36,089 bases of DNA from a virus (taxonomy: Duplodnaviria; Caudoviricetes). Below the pieces are notes generated by a model that was not told the origin of the DNA, searched no databases, and saw only the letters and a list, made by a program, of their open reading frames with translations. Below are positions 18,601-27,253 of the stretch, in pieces (position 1 is the first letter of the stretch; every line of letters begins with the position of its first letter). The translations under genes were made by a program, and so were the position numbers. The stretch spans positions 1 through 36,089 of the IMG/VR virus record IMGVR_UViG_3300025168_000267; one strand, given 5' to 3'.

Positions 18601-21600
18601 AGTCAATATGCTTTAAGATTTAATACACCTATTTGGCGATATGTAAATAAGTGTTTTGGGAGATTAACCAGAAATCTTGCTACTAAAATAACAAGTGCTA
18701 ACACTTCTTATCCATTTCACTACAATGACTACTATGAAAAGGTAAGTAATTATCATTTTTATGCTTCCGGCTACAAAGCAAGTGTTGGTAGAATACCTAC
18801 GGCTGATGAACATAAGGATGATACAGATACCGATAAACCTTACAGGATAGAACTACCGACAGAAAGAACCGGTCTTTTACCAGCAGTAGGTTCGAGGTCA
18901 TACGATATTACCCGCTATCCTGATAATTTTAATACTTCTGAAAATCACTACGGGAGAAGGTTAGAAATTGACGACACCGGAATTAGTATGGTTGATAGAT
19001 ATAAGGCTACATATGAATTATATGATAACGATAGTGGCCCTTTACATATTTTTTCCATAGGTGACATTTATCCTGAAAGTAAAAAGAACCCTAATAATAT
19101 AGGATTTACCGAAGGAACTTATAGTAGAAGTATTGCTGACTACGGGGTTGTTTTTAAGGGGCAACCCAAAGGTGCTGAAGTGGTTCTTAGTCATACTAAT
19201 TGGTCTGGAGTTTCTACTATTAAAAATAGATTAAACGATGATTATTTTTATCAACCTATTGAATCTTCTCAAGGTGATTTAAAGAGAATGAACCTTGTAA
19301 GATTAACTGATGTTACTTATGACATGATGATGAACGAAGTAGACTATGAAAATTACAAATTTGATAATTTTGGTGGACCTAAAACACATCAAATTATCAG
19401 TGAACAAATTACCAAAAATAGTCACATAATTAAAAGTTTTACTGAATCAGGATTTAGCCCAATTGATATTACACTTACTTCTAATATTTCAGCAGGAACT
19501 ACTATTGCAGTAAATGATGATGGCTGGTTTGAGCCATCCGGCGATTATATATTTACTCTCTATACTGACCCCTTTAATTCGTATTCAGCAAATAGCGCAC
19601 ACAATGATTTTGATTACGGAGTCCCATTATTAATAGGGCAGGTTGCGAGTGTAAGTAGTAATACTATTACTATTCCTGCTATGGGTCCTTTACACCCAGT
19701 AGTAGGTTATACTTCCGGTTCAAAACTTTATGTTACAGTTAAGTTAGCCGCAGAAAACGCAAATACAAATACTTTGAGTATTTCTGGAAATAATAGAGAA
19801 CAATTTCCTATAATAAAAGTAACAGAAGTAGATAATGGTGATGGTGTAATGGACCATAATTACAATAGAACTATGGCTTTGGTTAATATCGGTGATGGTT
19901 CTACTAATGACGGGGATATGGAACAAGGTAGCGATGGTAGTAATATCGCTGAAGAAAATAGATTCCCACTTGATGTTGATGATGCTACTGTTGCTGGAAC
20001 ACTTCACGATGTTAACGGCATTGTTAAACTTCCCTATATTCCTGATTCAGTAACAGAAGGAAGTCATTTTAACGGTAATAATGGACTCGAAACAACTACC
20101 GGAACTAACACCCATATGTTTAGATGGAATTTTGATGCTAACTTTAATGGTGCTGTAATGACTATTACAAATGGAAAGGCTTTAGACTTTTTCCAATCGA
20201 GCGGGGTGGGTAAAATGTGGTTTCAAAACAATACTATAGATATAGGTTCTACTACAACTTCACTGGTATTTAGCCTTACAGTTGGTTCGGACAACAGTTA
20301 TAACCGAACAACATTAAGATTAACGAATGTTACTAATACGGCATTAACCTTTGTTACAGATACAGGGAGTACAAGTCCGAGTTGGTCTAATTCGGATGAA
20401 ACAAATTGTGTATTAACAATAAAAGGTCACTCTACAACAGTAACTAAAACTGCACAGAGATTATTCCCAATAAGAGCAATACAGGATAGCAAACATGGAG
20501 GTGCATTTACATTTAAAAATATGCACCCAGTTATTTTAGACATACCTATCTATTCTGGAAATACAGGTTCCGACACATTAGGAACAAGTATTGAATGTAA
20601 GGCTACTGGTGCTATCATTACAGAAGAACCTGAAAGTATTTCACATTTTTCTATACAAGTAGGTGGATTTAAACACGATGAAAGTGTATATGATGTAGAC
20701 GGATTAGAAATTTTAGTTCATAACGATTCAACAAGTAGTTCTGCTACCCCCGGATTATACGAAAATAATATTGGTGGAACTAATTTTGAGGGAGTAAGAC
20801 CTGTAGAAGTTTTATTCAAACCATTTATAGATGTATCGGATTTTACAGTAACAACACATGCCGATGATGCTGGTTTAAAAACTACTGAAAAGATTTTAAC
20901 TACTACTATGAAGGTAGATGTTTTAGATAGAAATTCTAGTAGTGGTACTAATGAATGGTTATGTTATTCTAATAATTTGACAGGTTACTATTTATATGGA
21001 AATGATAAATTACATAAAGTTATTTCTCATACTGTTGCTAAGGATTCTACAACATTTAAACATTATTTAAAAATAGATAACGCAAGTTCTACTCCAAGTG
21101 GTAATTTAACTCTTATGAAAATTAACCAAACCTGCACTTACGATTATTCACCTAAAGAAATACAATTAAATAAGCCTTCTTATCTTTACACTAAAAAACC
21201 CGGACATGATAAAATGACAGATAAAGTGCCTTCAGCACTTGATATAAGAGGTGGGAAAGAAATTCTTAATGGTGCATATTATTTAAGTGGTATCGCAAGG
21301 GGAGGTATTGAATCTTTATATACTGTAATTGAACCTGATGGCACTGGAGGTAGTTATTTAATACCTCGGACAAATTCTGATATTTCATTTACAAATAGTT
21401 TTTCAACCGGTAGCGAACATTCAGTGTATATAACTGACGGTATTAATTCACTAAGAACTTCTATGTTTGTAAGTAATAATAAGGCGTTGTCATTTACAGA
21501 TATGAAAGAGATGAAAGGCACACCTTCTATCGGAAGTATTTTTACTATTACTACTAACCAAAATCCAGACTTTAAACCTGAATCAATTAGTATCTGCGCC

Positions 21601-22476
21601 CCGTTTAAGGTCGTGAGAGAAGCAGAAGAAATTGCTGATGATATTTTATCTAAGGTTGGATTACCGTATAATAAATCAGATAATACCGACAGATATTATT
21701 TAGCGGCAAATTACACAGGAGAGAATGCTCTTACTGCCACTAATAATGCCTTGTCATTTAAAGGTTTAAAATTAAAAACAGCAGGGCAGGATATAATTAT
21801 TACCAGTGATGAAGATGAAAAGGATTATAGAGATATTGTTTTTGATGAAGATGATGATAAATATTCTATCGTTAGTATTAAAAAGGACAAAACTCTGTAC
21901 GATAGATTTAATAAAGTAATTTTATACGGAGATGGAGTTAGAGGGGTTGCTTCTAATTACAGGGATATTAAAAAACGCAATAGAGAATATGTTAAAGAAG
22001 TCTACGACTTTTCAATTGTAGATTCAAAACAAGTACAAGAAAAAGCAATTAAATTATTAAAATTATTTACAAATTTACAGGAAGCCGTTGAGATTGAAGT
22101 TGGCAATAGAATACCTTTCTTAGAATCAGGACATATAGTTACAGTTAGTTTCCCAACCGAGGGTATTAATAGAGGGGAATATGTGGTAATAGAAGTTAAT
22201 AGAGAAATGGGCTACCCCGTTAAAATACTGCTCGGACAATATAATAGAGATTTAGCAAATACATTTTCCATGTTGCTTTCGGAAACACGCAATTTACAAG
22301 GAAGGTCGAAGCAAAAAGTTTATACGAGTGTGACCTCTCCTAATGTTGATATACAAGCGATGAAGGTGAAATTAGTTAAGGCGAGCATAACTAAAACAAC
22401 CCAAGCAACTGCCAGCAGTGGTTCAACATTAGGATTAACAAAGGCATTAGGTTTGGATTCGGGGATGGGACTATGA
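15604..22476 (+). CDS. Giant (2290 aa) tail hub/baseplate-adhesin protein
   Basis: Hub-like segments TIFEGKIE...YEITGRDVIGDLLN and C-terminal FNKVILYGDG...FLESGHIVTV...EYVVIEVNRE flank T/S/N-rich beta domains. Confidence 0.7.
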   Translation: MAENVYVLNTGVDIPDNFALRTASFNVKTSTNPRIVTQEANDSDVLGIYSYEIHTDDTSASMGSGTVSGSLLNRLFPLGSQVTDVTKYATNLFENPGYRITIDTGTAGVTLAADRDYFVLIYADNLLKHHIARITEKQEYEGDIFNFDFEPALPENISAGTKVAIYQGPFNINKSSSGADDVVAVAYGLLNDTATSEERHDKYVEASRPTFYFYNGKTALDHDRKYTVLKTSTNAAGGSLVKKSVFVTDSPTSGYILDKSIFTQNANLVDNNKLNDRLLNGSSATTPRGINSGTAQGSLYDFDHTTWAGSSKNYDDSDGGLKTYISYIDSPLRTQSLSTPYQLTTKKTITNKGNMFEAKYYDTERMLEKKINENESIQIKELIGSKEIRDEPTAQLPGTYDRVATNSFRAEGLDSGVDLRTLLGLSAPFEPILIDGVYYIISSIQAPLDGNQQFSVTHKRAIASTAYESVGTLSTDLLGKKAFRKVWSPITLRYLIGHDIDTTAGGTSGLTRNGKDLVVTPSTVFQTTAHALDSDIHGLEYVYEGRYYGYNAKVITGDKPNGYTSLDFEPESSYYSNSHILNSLKGNLLVYRTIFEGKIESTETKVEQGQFKYEITGRDVIGDLLNTAVNTNYTYSDEFVYSTMNPFNKNYTDIGRNVSSISGAVVTADGAPNVNFGDVLYLKGTHASLDPSYYLLGVVKSVSGNNITLVKDCYIRKHTTFVGDTTLATDIYKARRSVLAGKTLETSLRNTDRSTTLIGSADKGAVFTTGKYFDYGTVYADNGKLNTITSRTIEGCTFSNTSTTITTPTNGTVDLVAGMLVRGTGIPDKATIVSITNTTTFTLSANTTSASATGGNSLIFGDLNGFEINNLITTISDDADYTDSPIAFDFHYNTISSMVDFPVLSEVDTKDGLTQFEIGYVSPIVVGRIETDNLLDTFIESSDTAQASRKNNSIYLINGQGMPLGGFLHLLGGEVNADKSPKTFNNDFEEDPTLNLTVNSQYALRFNTPIWRYVNKCFGRLTRNLATKITSANTSYPFHYNDYYEKVSNYHFYASGYKASVGRIPTADEHKDDTDTDKPYRIELPTERTGLLPAVGSRSYDITRYPDNFNTSENHYGRRLEIDDTGISMVDRYKATYELYDNDSGPLHIFSIGDIYPESKKNPNNIGFTEGTYSRSIADYGVVFKGQPKGAEVVLSHTNWSGVSTIKNRLNDDYFYQPIESSQGDLKRMNLVRLTDVTYDMMMNEVDYENYKFDNFGGPKTHQIISEQITKNSHIIKSFTESGFSPIDITLTSNISAGTTIAVNDDGWFEPSGDYIFTLYTDPFNSYSANSAHNDFDYGVPLLIGQVASVSSNTITIPAMGPLHPVVGYTSGSKLYVTVKLAAENANTNTLSISGNNREQFPIIKVTEVDNGDGVMDHNYNRTMALVNIGDGSTNDGDMEQGSDGSNIAEENRFPLDVDDATVAGTLHDVNGIVKLPYIPDSVTEGSHFNGNNGLETTTGTNTHMFRWNFDANFNGAVMTITNGKALDFFQSSGVGKMWFQNNTIDIGSTTTSLVFSLTVGSDNSYNRTTLRLTNVTNTALTFVTDTGSTSPSWSNSDETNCVLTIKGHSTTVTKTAQRLFPIRAIQDSKHGGAFTFKNMHPVILDIPIYSGNTGSDTLGTSIECKATGAIITEEPESISHFSIQVGGFKHDESVYDVDGLEILVHNDSTSSSATPGLYENNIGGTNFEGVRPVEVLFKPFIDVSDFTVTTHADDAGLKTTEKILTTTMKVDVLDRNSSSGTNEWLCYSNNLTGYYLYGNDKLHKVISHTVAKDSTTFKHYLKIDNASSTPSGNLTLMKINQTCTYDYSPKEIQLNKPSYLYTKKPGHDKMTDKVPSALDIRGGKEILNGAYYLSGIARGGIESLYTVIEPDGTGGSYLIPRTNSDISFTNSFSTGSEHSVYITDGINSLRTSMFVSNNKALSFTDMKEMKGTPSIGSIFTITTNQNPDFKPESISICAPFKVVREAEEIADDILSKVGLPYNKSDNTDRYYLAANYTGENALTATNNALSFKGLKLKTAGQDIIITSDEDEKDYRDIVFDEDDDKYSIVSIKKDKTLYDRFNKVILYGDGVRGVASNYRDIKKRNREYVKEVYDFSIVDSKQVQEKAIKLLKLFTNLQEAVEIEVGNRIPFLESGHIVTVSFPTEGINRGEYVVIEVNREMGYPVKILLGQYNRDLANTFSMLLSETRNLQGRSKQKVYTSVTSPNVDIQAMKVKLVKASITKTTQATASSGSTLGLTKALGLDSGMGL

Positions 22477-22817
22477 TTACAAAACAAGCAAGGGCTACAA
22501 TAAAAGCAGATGTAATTTCTACATACACTCATTTTGAAGTAGGAACAGGTGGAGATTCTACAAACCCTAATGCTAATTCTTTAGACGCACCTTTAGCAAA
22601 CAGGGCTACTGTAACTTCTGTTTCAAGTGGCGAGTCCTCGGTAGATTTTTCTTTTACAGTGCAGGGTTCTACATTTGTAGGACACACGATTAAAGAAGTA
22701 GGAATCTTTTCAGCATCAACGGGTGGTAATATGTTGTTAAGAGTTAATTACGATGGCATTGGGCCATTAACATCACTCGATGAAATAGAATTTATTATAA
22801 CAGTGGAAGTGGACTAA
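22473..22817 (+). CDS. Small tail-tip/fibre attachment (collar-like) protein
   Basis: MITKQAR...FEVGTGG...IKEVGIF...GNMLLR resembles tail-collar/fibre N-terminal domains. Confidence 0.6.
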   Translation: MITKQARATIKADVISTYTHFEVGTGGDSTNPNANSLDAPLANRATVTSVSSGESSVDFSFTVQGSTFVGHTIKEVGIFSASTGGNMLLRVNYDGIGPLTSLDEIEFIITVEVD

Positions 22818-25165
22818 TGACAATAACAACAGCGAATCAAAAGGGAATAACAACATTGGGTGGAACTACTGGATTAGTAGACCAAACAGATAAAATGCAC
22901 AGTGGGCTTATAAAGGCTTTAGAGGTATTTGGACAGGGTAGAAAAATTATAGGTCATGCTGGATTTGAAATATATGATTCCGGCTCCTATGTGGGTTATA
23001 GACTTAAGCAACCTATACACTTTATAGATTTAGGTCGCCATGTTACATATGAAACAAATTTAGAAGTTTCATATACTTCTCAACAAAGAGATGCTAATTA
23101 TGATAAATACGATTGGGTATTATTAAATCCTAATCATGGTGGTAATCCTGAAATTATTATTGTAGGTGGGACTCTCGACGGTGCTAATGCTTTAGTTTCA
23201 GATATATCTGCAAATACAATTCCCGTTGCTTTGATTAAAGTTCCCGCAGGAACAGATACCGACGATACTACTGGTTATAAAGCACAGTTATATACATTTA
23301 ATAATAGACGACAGGATTTATCACTTGGATATGATGATGGGGCTACGCCACCTTATTACAAAAATACATTAACTGCTACTTCAGCCGCAGGAGGAACTAC
23401 CTTTACTAACACTATTGGGGATTTAATTTTTGATAATACAGATAATAACGACCAAATTGTTATGAGGTTGGGAACTGATACTGCCACTACTGGTTTTGAA
23501 GTTAGAAACGATTCCGATACCGCTGCATTTAAAGTTAATGGTTTATCCGCTACCGATGTTGTGGGTAATTTAGTTGTCACACAAGGTTCAGCAGGTGGAC
23601 AAATAGCCCTTAAGATTGATAATGATGATGTTGATAAAGTTGCTTTAGGTATTGAAGCCGCAAATACAACTGCTAATGTTTTAGATATTACCGCTAATGC
23701 TGTAACTACTGGTACTGCTATTAGAAATTCTTCAACTGCATTAACTACTGGTGCGGCTATTGATTTAGTTTCTACTTCTACACCTGCTGATGGAAACGGT
23801 TCTATACCTCACACTTTTAAAACTACTCAAGCGGGAACTGGAACTCACACAGTAAAGGGATTACTTGTAGATGTAAATAAGACAGGGGTAACAGATAATG
23901 GAAAAACAAATACTCTTACCGGAGTGCATATAGATGTTGACGATTCCGCTACAAATAATTCAGTGGGAACTGTAACCATGACAGGTTTAGATGTAGATGT
24001 GAACTCGGCTAATGATACTGGGACCTTAAAAAACATTGGATTAGATGTTAATGTTGTTGGTGCAGATACTAATTATGCCGCTTTATTTAATGGTGGTAAT
24101 GTTGGTATTGGAACAACAGCACCAGCAAGAGCATTAGAAGTAGAAGCCACTTCAAACCCCGGAATTAGAATACAAGAAACGGGTCAATCGGGATATTTAG
24201 AAATGTTTGGTTTAGCAGATAGCCAAGCACAGATTAAAGCCACTAACGCAACTTCGGGAGAAACATGTAGTCTTGATTTAGATGTTTCAACTGTATCGGG
24301 TAATAATCAAGAAATTCGTCTTTTTAGAAATTCTAATACCGCCAGTGATGCTTACTTTAGAATAAAAAGACCGGGGGTAAATACTAATGTTTTAACAATA
24401 TATTCGGATAAAGACGGTACGGACCATGAAATGCAATTAGATGGAAAACTTTCTGTTGGAACAACAACGAAAGACCCTAATGCTATCCTTACAGTTGAAG
24501 GGGCAATTTCTTTAGATGAAATAGGGGCCTCGCCTACTAATACTGCTGATAGAGCGCAACTATATGCAATACAAGGAGATAGACATTTGCGTTATGTAGA
24601 TGGTGCTGGTGTTGATTTACCTATATTATTAGGAGGAAAACATTCTATTTGGATTCCCGCAGAAGCAATTAGTCCGAGAAGTAATGCAGGTTGTGGTGCT
24701 TTGGCTACAACAGCCGCCGCTACAAATGGAAGACCTGATATTAGAGCATTACCTTTTGATAAAGATTCTGATGAACATGGACAATTTACAATAGCGATGC
24801 CCGGAACTTGGAATGCGGGAACTTTGACAGCACAATTTTATTGGACTTCAACTTCTTCAACAACTTCCCATGATGTAACTTGGGCTATTCAAGGTGTTTC
24901 TTTAGCAAATGATAACCCAATTGATACTGCTTTTGGAACTGCTGTGGTTAAACATGATACAGTAATAGCGGCTAAAGACCTTCATATTAGTGGTGAAACA
25001 GGTGCAATAACTGTTGCAGGTGCAGGTGCAGGTGAATTAGTTTGTTTTCAAATTTATCGAGATGTTGATGGAAACGGAACTGCCGCTAATGATGATTTAA
25101 ATGTTGATGCTTTATTAATGGGAGTTAGAATATTTTATACTATCTCAAGAGGAAATGAGTCGTGA
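22817..25165 (+). CDS. Tail fibre/receptor-binding adhesin
   Basis: GNVGIGTTAPARALEV and GKLSVGTTTKDPNAILTV fibre repeats, beta-helix-like GLDVDV repeats and a C-terminal globular domain. Confidence 0.75.
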   Translation: MTITTANQKGITTLGGTTGLVDQTDKMHSGLIKALEVFGQGRKIIGHAGFEIYDSGSYVGYRLKQPIHFIDLGRHVTYETNLEVSYTSQQRDANYDKYDWVLLNPNHGGNPEIIIVGGTLDGANALVSDISANTIPVALIKVPAGTDTDDTTGYKAQLYTFNNRRQDLSLGYDDGATPPYYKNTLTATSAAGGTTFTNTIGDLIFDNTDNNDQIVMRLGTDTATTGFEVRNDSDTAAFKVNGLSATDVVGNLVVTQGSAGGQIALKIDNDDVDKVALGIEAANTTANVLDITANAVTTGTAIRNSSTALTTGAAIDLVSTSTPADGNGSIPHTFKTTQAGTGTHTVKGLLVDVNKTGVTDNGKTNTLTGVHIDVDDSATNNSVGTVTMTGLDVDVNSANDTGTLKNIGLDVNVVGADTNYAALFNGGNVGIGTTAPARALEVEATSNPGIRIQETGQSGYLEMFGLADSQAQIKATNATSGETCSLDLDVSTVSGNNQEIRLFRNSNTASDAYFRIKRPGVNTNVLTIYSDKDGTDHEMQLDGKLSVGTTTKDPNAILTVEGAISLDEIGASPTNTADRAQLYAIQGDRHLRYVDGAGVDLPILLGGKHSIWIPAEAISPRSNAGCGALATTAAATNGRPDIRALPFDKDSDEHGQFTIAMPGTWNAGTLTAQFYWTSTSSTTSHDVTWAIQGVSLANDNPIDTAFGTAVVKHDTVIAAKDLHISGETGAITVAGAGAGELVCFQIYRDVDGNGTAANDDLNVDALLMGVRIFYTISRGNES

Positions 25166-25646
25166 TATTATGTTTGGTAGAACAGTAAATGGATTTGGTT
25201 CTTATGCAAATAGAACAGTAGCGGTTTCAGCAGTATCGGATATTTACAGTGAAGATGATAATGGAACAGGTGCAACAGGTGATGGTAATAGTAAGTTCAC
25301 TAAAACCGTAGGAGGTTCTGCAACACATAATCAAAGGGTATTAGACCCATTAGAAGTTACAGCAGGTCAAGCAATTACAGTTGGATTAAATGGTGAATGG
25401 ACTGGAACAGAAACTTCTATCGCTTGGAGTATATTAGAAATAGATAATGGACTTGGTTTAGTAGCAAGTGTTTCAGTAGCGGTAGATGGTTCTTCTGCGG
25501 CTACAACTGCGGCCTTTGACCCAGTATTTACTATTGCGGCAAGTGCAGGGCCGGGTGAACAAGCCGCTTACAGACTTACATTGGCTGTTACTAATTCCGG
25601 TGGAACTACTACTAAAAATTGGGACTTTTTAGTTATCTTCCCTTGA
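25155..25646 (+). CDS. Ig/PKD-like virion accessory protein
   Basis: G/A/T-rich; C-terminal YRLTLAVTNSGGTTT resembles a PKD/Ig terminal strand. Confidence 0.5.
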   Translation: MSRDIMFGRTVNGFGSYANRTVAVSAVSDIYSEDDNGTGATGDGNSKFTKTVGGSATHNQRVLDPLEVTAGQAITVGLNGEWTGTETSIAWSILEIDNGLGLVASVSVAVDGSSAATTAAFDPVFTIAASAGPGEQAAYRLTLAVTNSGGTTTKNWDFLVIFP

Positions 25647-25661
25647 TGATAGACAAATATT

Positions 25662-25679
25662 AAATAGTCGTTACTATTT
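25662..25679. promoter_or_regulatory. Inverted repeat AAATAGT-cgtt-ACTATTT overlapping a TATA-like TATTAAATA
   Basis: Perfect 7-bp arms in the intergenic gap upstream of the membrane-protein genes. Confidence 0.4.
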
Positions 25680-25699
25680 GGTTTATAACAGTGGTAGCC

Positions 25700-25909
25700 A
25701 TGTCTGATTTAGATGAAGTCCTTGAACGAGATTCGGATGGTAAAATAAATTGGCTTGTTTCAAAGGTGAATGATATTGATACGAGAGTTCATACAATCGA
25801 AACAAATCATTTATTTCATATGGAAAAAGACATGGTTATGCTAAGAAGGGGAGTCTTCCTACTCGCCGCAATTGGAATTACATATTTAACAGGAGTGCAA
25901 ATACTATGA
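25700..25909 (+). CDS. Small coiled-coil protein with C-terminal transmembrane helix (XhlA/holin-like)
   Basis: IDTRVHTIETNHLFHMEKDM is followed by hydrophobic GVFLLAAIGITYLTGVQIL. Confidence 0.6.
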   Translation: MSDLDEVLERDSDGKINWLVSKVNDIDTRVHTIETNHLFHMEKDMVMLRRGVFLLAAIGITYLTGVQIL

Positions 25910-26349
25910 AAGAAACAAAAGATACATTTAATGACCGTATGGTTAAAAGAACAGTGTTACCAGCAATTTATTTATGGCTTCTTGCCGCAGGTGCAGTAGT
26001 AGGTATGGGTATATGGAAGCCTGATGTTGTATTAACAAACCTTGACGGTTTTATTGCACTTATCGCAATTATCAGTGGTGTTTCAGCACCAGCCTTACAA
26101 ACAGTTCTTCGTATGTGGGAATCTGAACAGACTATCGAAATTGATAACATGGGTGTTGAAATGGAACACGAAAGAGAAAGAGATGCACTAAATAAGCAAC
26201 ATGTAATTGATTTAGAAAAGGCTCGACAAAAGCATGAACAGGAAATGCTTACAGCGGCTCAAGAACATAAGCACATCGTTGAGAAGCATAAGGAAACTAT
26301 TGTCAAACTTACACCTATTCATAAGATGGGCGAAGATACTGAGGAATAA
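25906..26349 (+). CDS. Two-TM membrane protein with His/Glu-rich coiled-coil tail (holin-like)
   Basis: TM1 is VLPAIYLWLLAAGAVVGMGIW and TM2 is GFIALIAIISGVSAPAL, followed by a charged helix. Confidence 0.6.
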   Translation: MKETKDTFNDRMVKRTVLPAIYLWLLAAGAVVGMGIWKPDVVLTNLDGFIALIAIISGVSAPALQTVLRMWESEQTIEIDNMGVEMEHERERDALNKQHVIDLEKARQKHEQEMLTAAQEHKHIVEKHKETIVKLTPIHKMGEDTEE

Positions 26350-26351
26350 AT

Positions 26352-26552
26352 ATGTGGCGAGATACTTTGAAAAAGGATGCTGAAACTTATTTTAAGGAAA
26401 AAATTGCTGAGTATGAGCGTAGACTTAAAAGAGACCCCAATGATACTAAGGCTAAAGATGCCTTGAAGTATTATAAAGAACAATTATCTCTTGCACCCGA
26501 AAGATTACGAGCATTTAAAAATATTAAGGTGAAGAATAATGACTCGTTGTAA
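26352..26552 (+). CDS. Small protein with MWRDTLKK tag and TPR-like helical hairpin
   Basis: GAGG SD upstream. EKIAEYERRLKRDPNDTKAKDALKYY resembles a single TPR. Confidence 0.65.
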   Translation: MWRDTLKKDAETYFKEKIAEYERRLKRDPNDTKAKDALKYYKEQLSLAPERLRAFKNIKVKNNDSL

Positions 26553-26646
26553 TTATTTAGATGCTTGGTTTGATGAACAGTCAAAGATAGTAGATAAAGA
26601 AGAAGAAGAAACTAAAAAAGATTTTGTCACAGGTGAGAAGAAATGA
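26539..26646 (+). CDS. 35-aa microprotein MTRCNYLDAWFDEQSK... (not in ORF track)
   Basis: AGGTGA SD at 26527-26532; its stop overlaps the next ATG (ATGA). Confidence 0.6.
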   Translation: MTRCNYLDAWFDEQSKIVDKEEEETKKDFVTGEKK

Positions 26647-26903
26647 AATGGGAAAACTTATTAAAGATTAAAACATTGAGCGATAGAGATGGAAATTACA
26701 AAGTGTCTGATTTATACAGTCCTTCTAAGTTTAGTGATATTGTTCATAGTGATTTAAATGAATATCACAATATGCGTGATTTTAAAACTATTAGTTTTGA
26801 CGGCAATCATCCACATGTCGGAGGCGCACATCAGTATTTTAAACCAAATAATACAAAGGAAGCAGTTTGTATGCGATGTATGGTAAGGATGAATTCTCAA
26901 TAA
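26643..26903 (+). CDS. Small protein with MKWENLLK tag and possible Zn-binding H..H..CxxC
   Basis: AGGTGA SD upstream; contains HPHVGGAH...CMRC. Confidence 0.65.
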   Translation: MKWENLLKIKTLSDRDGNYKVSDLYSPSKFSDIVHSDLNEYHNMRDFKTISFDGNHPHVGGAHQYFKPNNTKEAVCMRCMVRMNSQ

Positions 26904-26916
26904 AGGAAGTAAAAAA

Positions 26917-27093
26917 ATGAGTTGGTTTGATATTGTTAAATATAATCGAGAACATTATGTTCGTGCAGGTCGTAAGCATAATGACCCTGAAACAATTAGT
27001 GTTCATCAAAGAATTTTAGAATTAGTAAATAACCGTAATATTCCAAGAAGAGAATTAGGTGCAAGAATAAAACAAGTTTTAGAAGAGGAATAA
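26917..27093 (+). CDS. 58-aa protein with MSWFDIVK tag (not in ORF track)
   Basis: Translated by hand: MSWFDIVKYNREHYVRAGRKHNDPETISVHQRILELVNNRNIPRRELGARIKQVLEEE. AAGGAAG lies upstream. Confidence 0.65.
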   Translation: MSWFDIVKYNREHYVRAGRKHNDPETISVHQRILELVNNRNIPRRELGARIKQVLEEE

Positions 27094-27128
27094 CTTTAGG
27101 CTAAAAAATCAAATCGAAAAATTTGCAT

Positions 27129-27157
27129 AAAAAAAAGCCCCGACCCCCTATCGGGGC
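27129..27157 (-). terminator. GC hairpin plus T-tract between convergent operons
   Basis: GCCCCGA-CCCCCTA-TCGGGGC forms a 7-bp stem at 27137-27157. The A8 run at 27129-27136 reads as a U-tract 3' of the hairpin on the minus strand. Confidence 0.6.
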
Positions 27158-27253
27158 CGAGGCCAAAAAAAGTATATATCTAACTGTTATTATTCTTTAT
27201 AGGGTATATGACCCCCAGAAACAAACAGAACATTTTTTTAGTTTGAAACTCAA

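Noticed and set aside
22817-25646. Diversity-generating retroelement or invertible fibre cassette
   Set aside because: I saw no reverse transcriptase, recombinase or TR/VR-like nucleotide repeat in the window; a self-alignment would be needed to exclude short repeats fully.
219-26150. Many short minus-strand ORFs within the structural operon (e.g. 1747-2136, 3019-3429, 8284-8742, 12758-13180)
   Set aside because: They are antisense shadows of long, coupled plus-strand genes, with no SD and biased S/F/L/I composition.
27094-27253. tRNA or other structured RNA gene in the largest intergenic gap
   Set aside because: It contains only a short hairpin, with no cloverleaf or T-loop signature.
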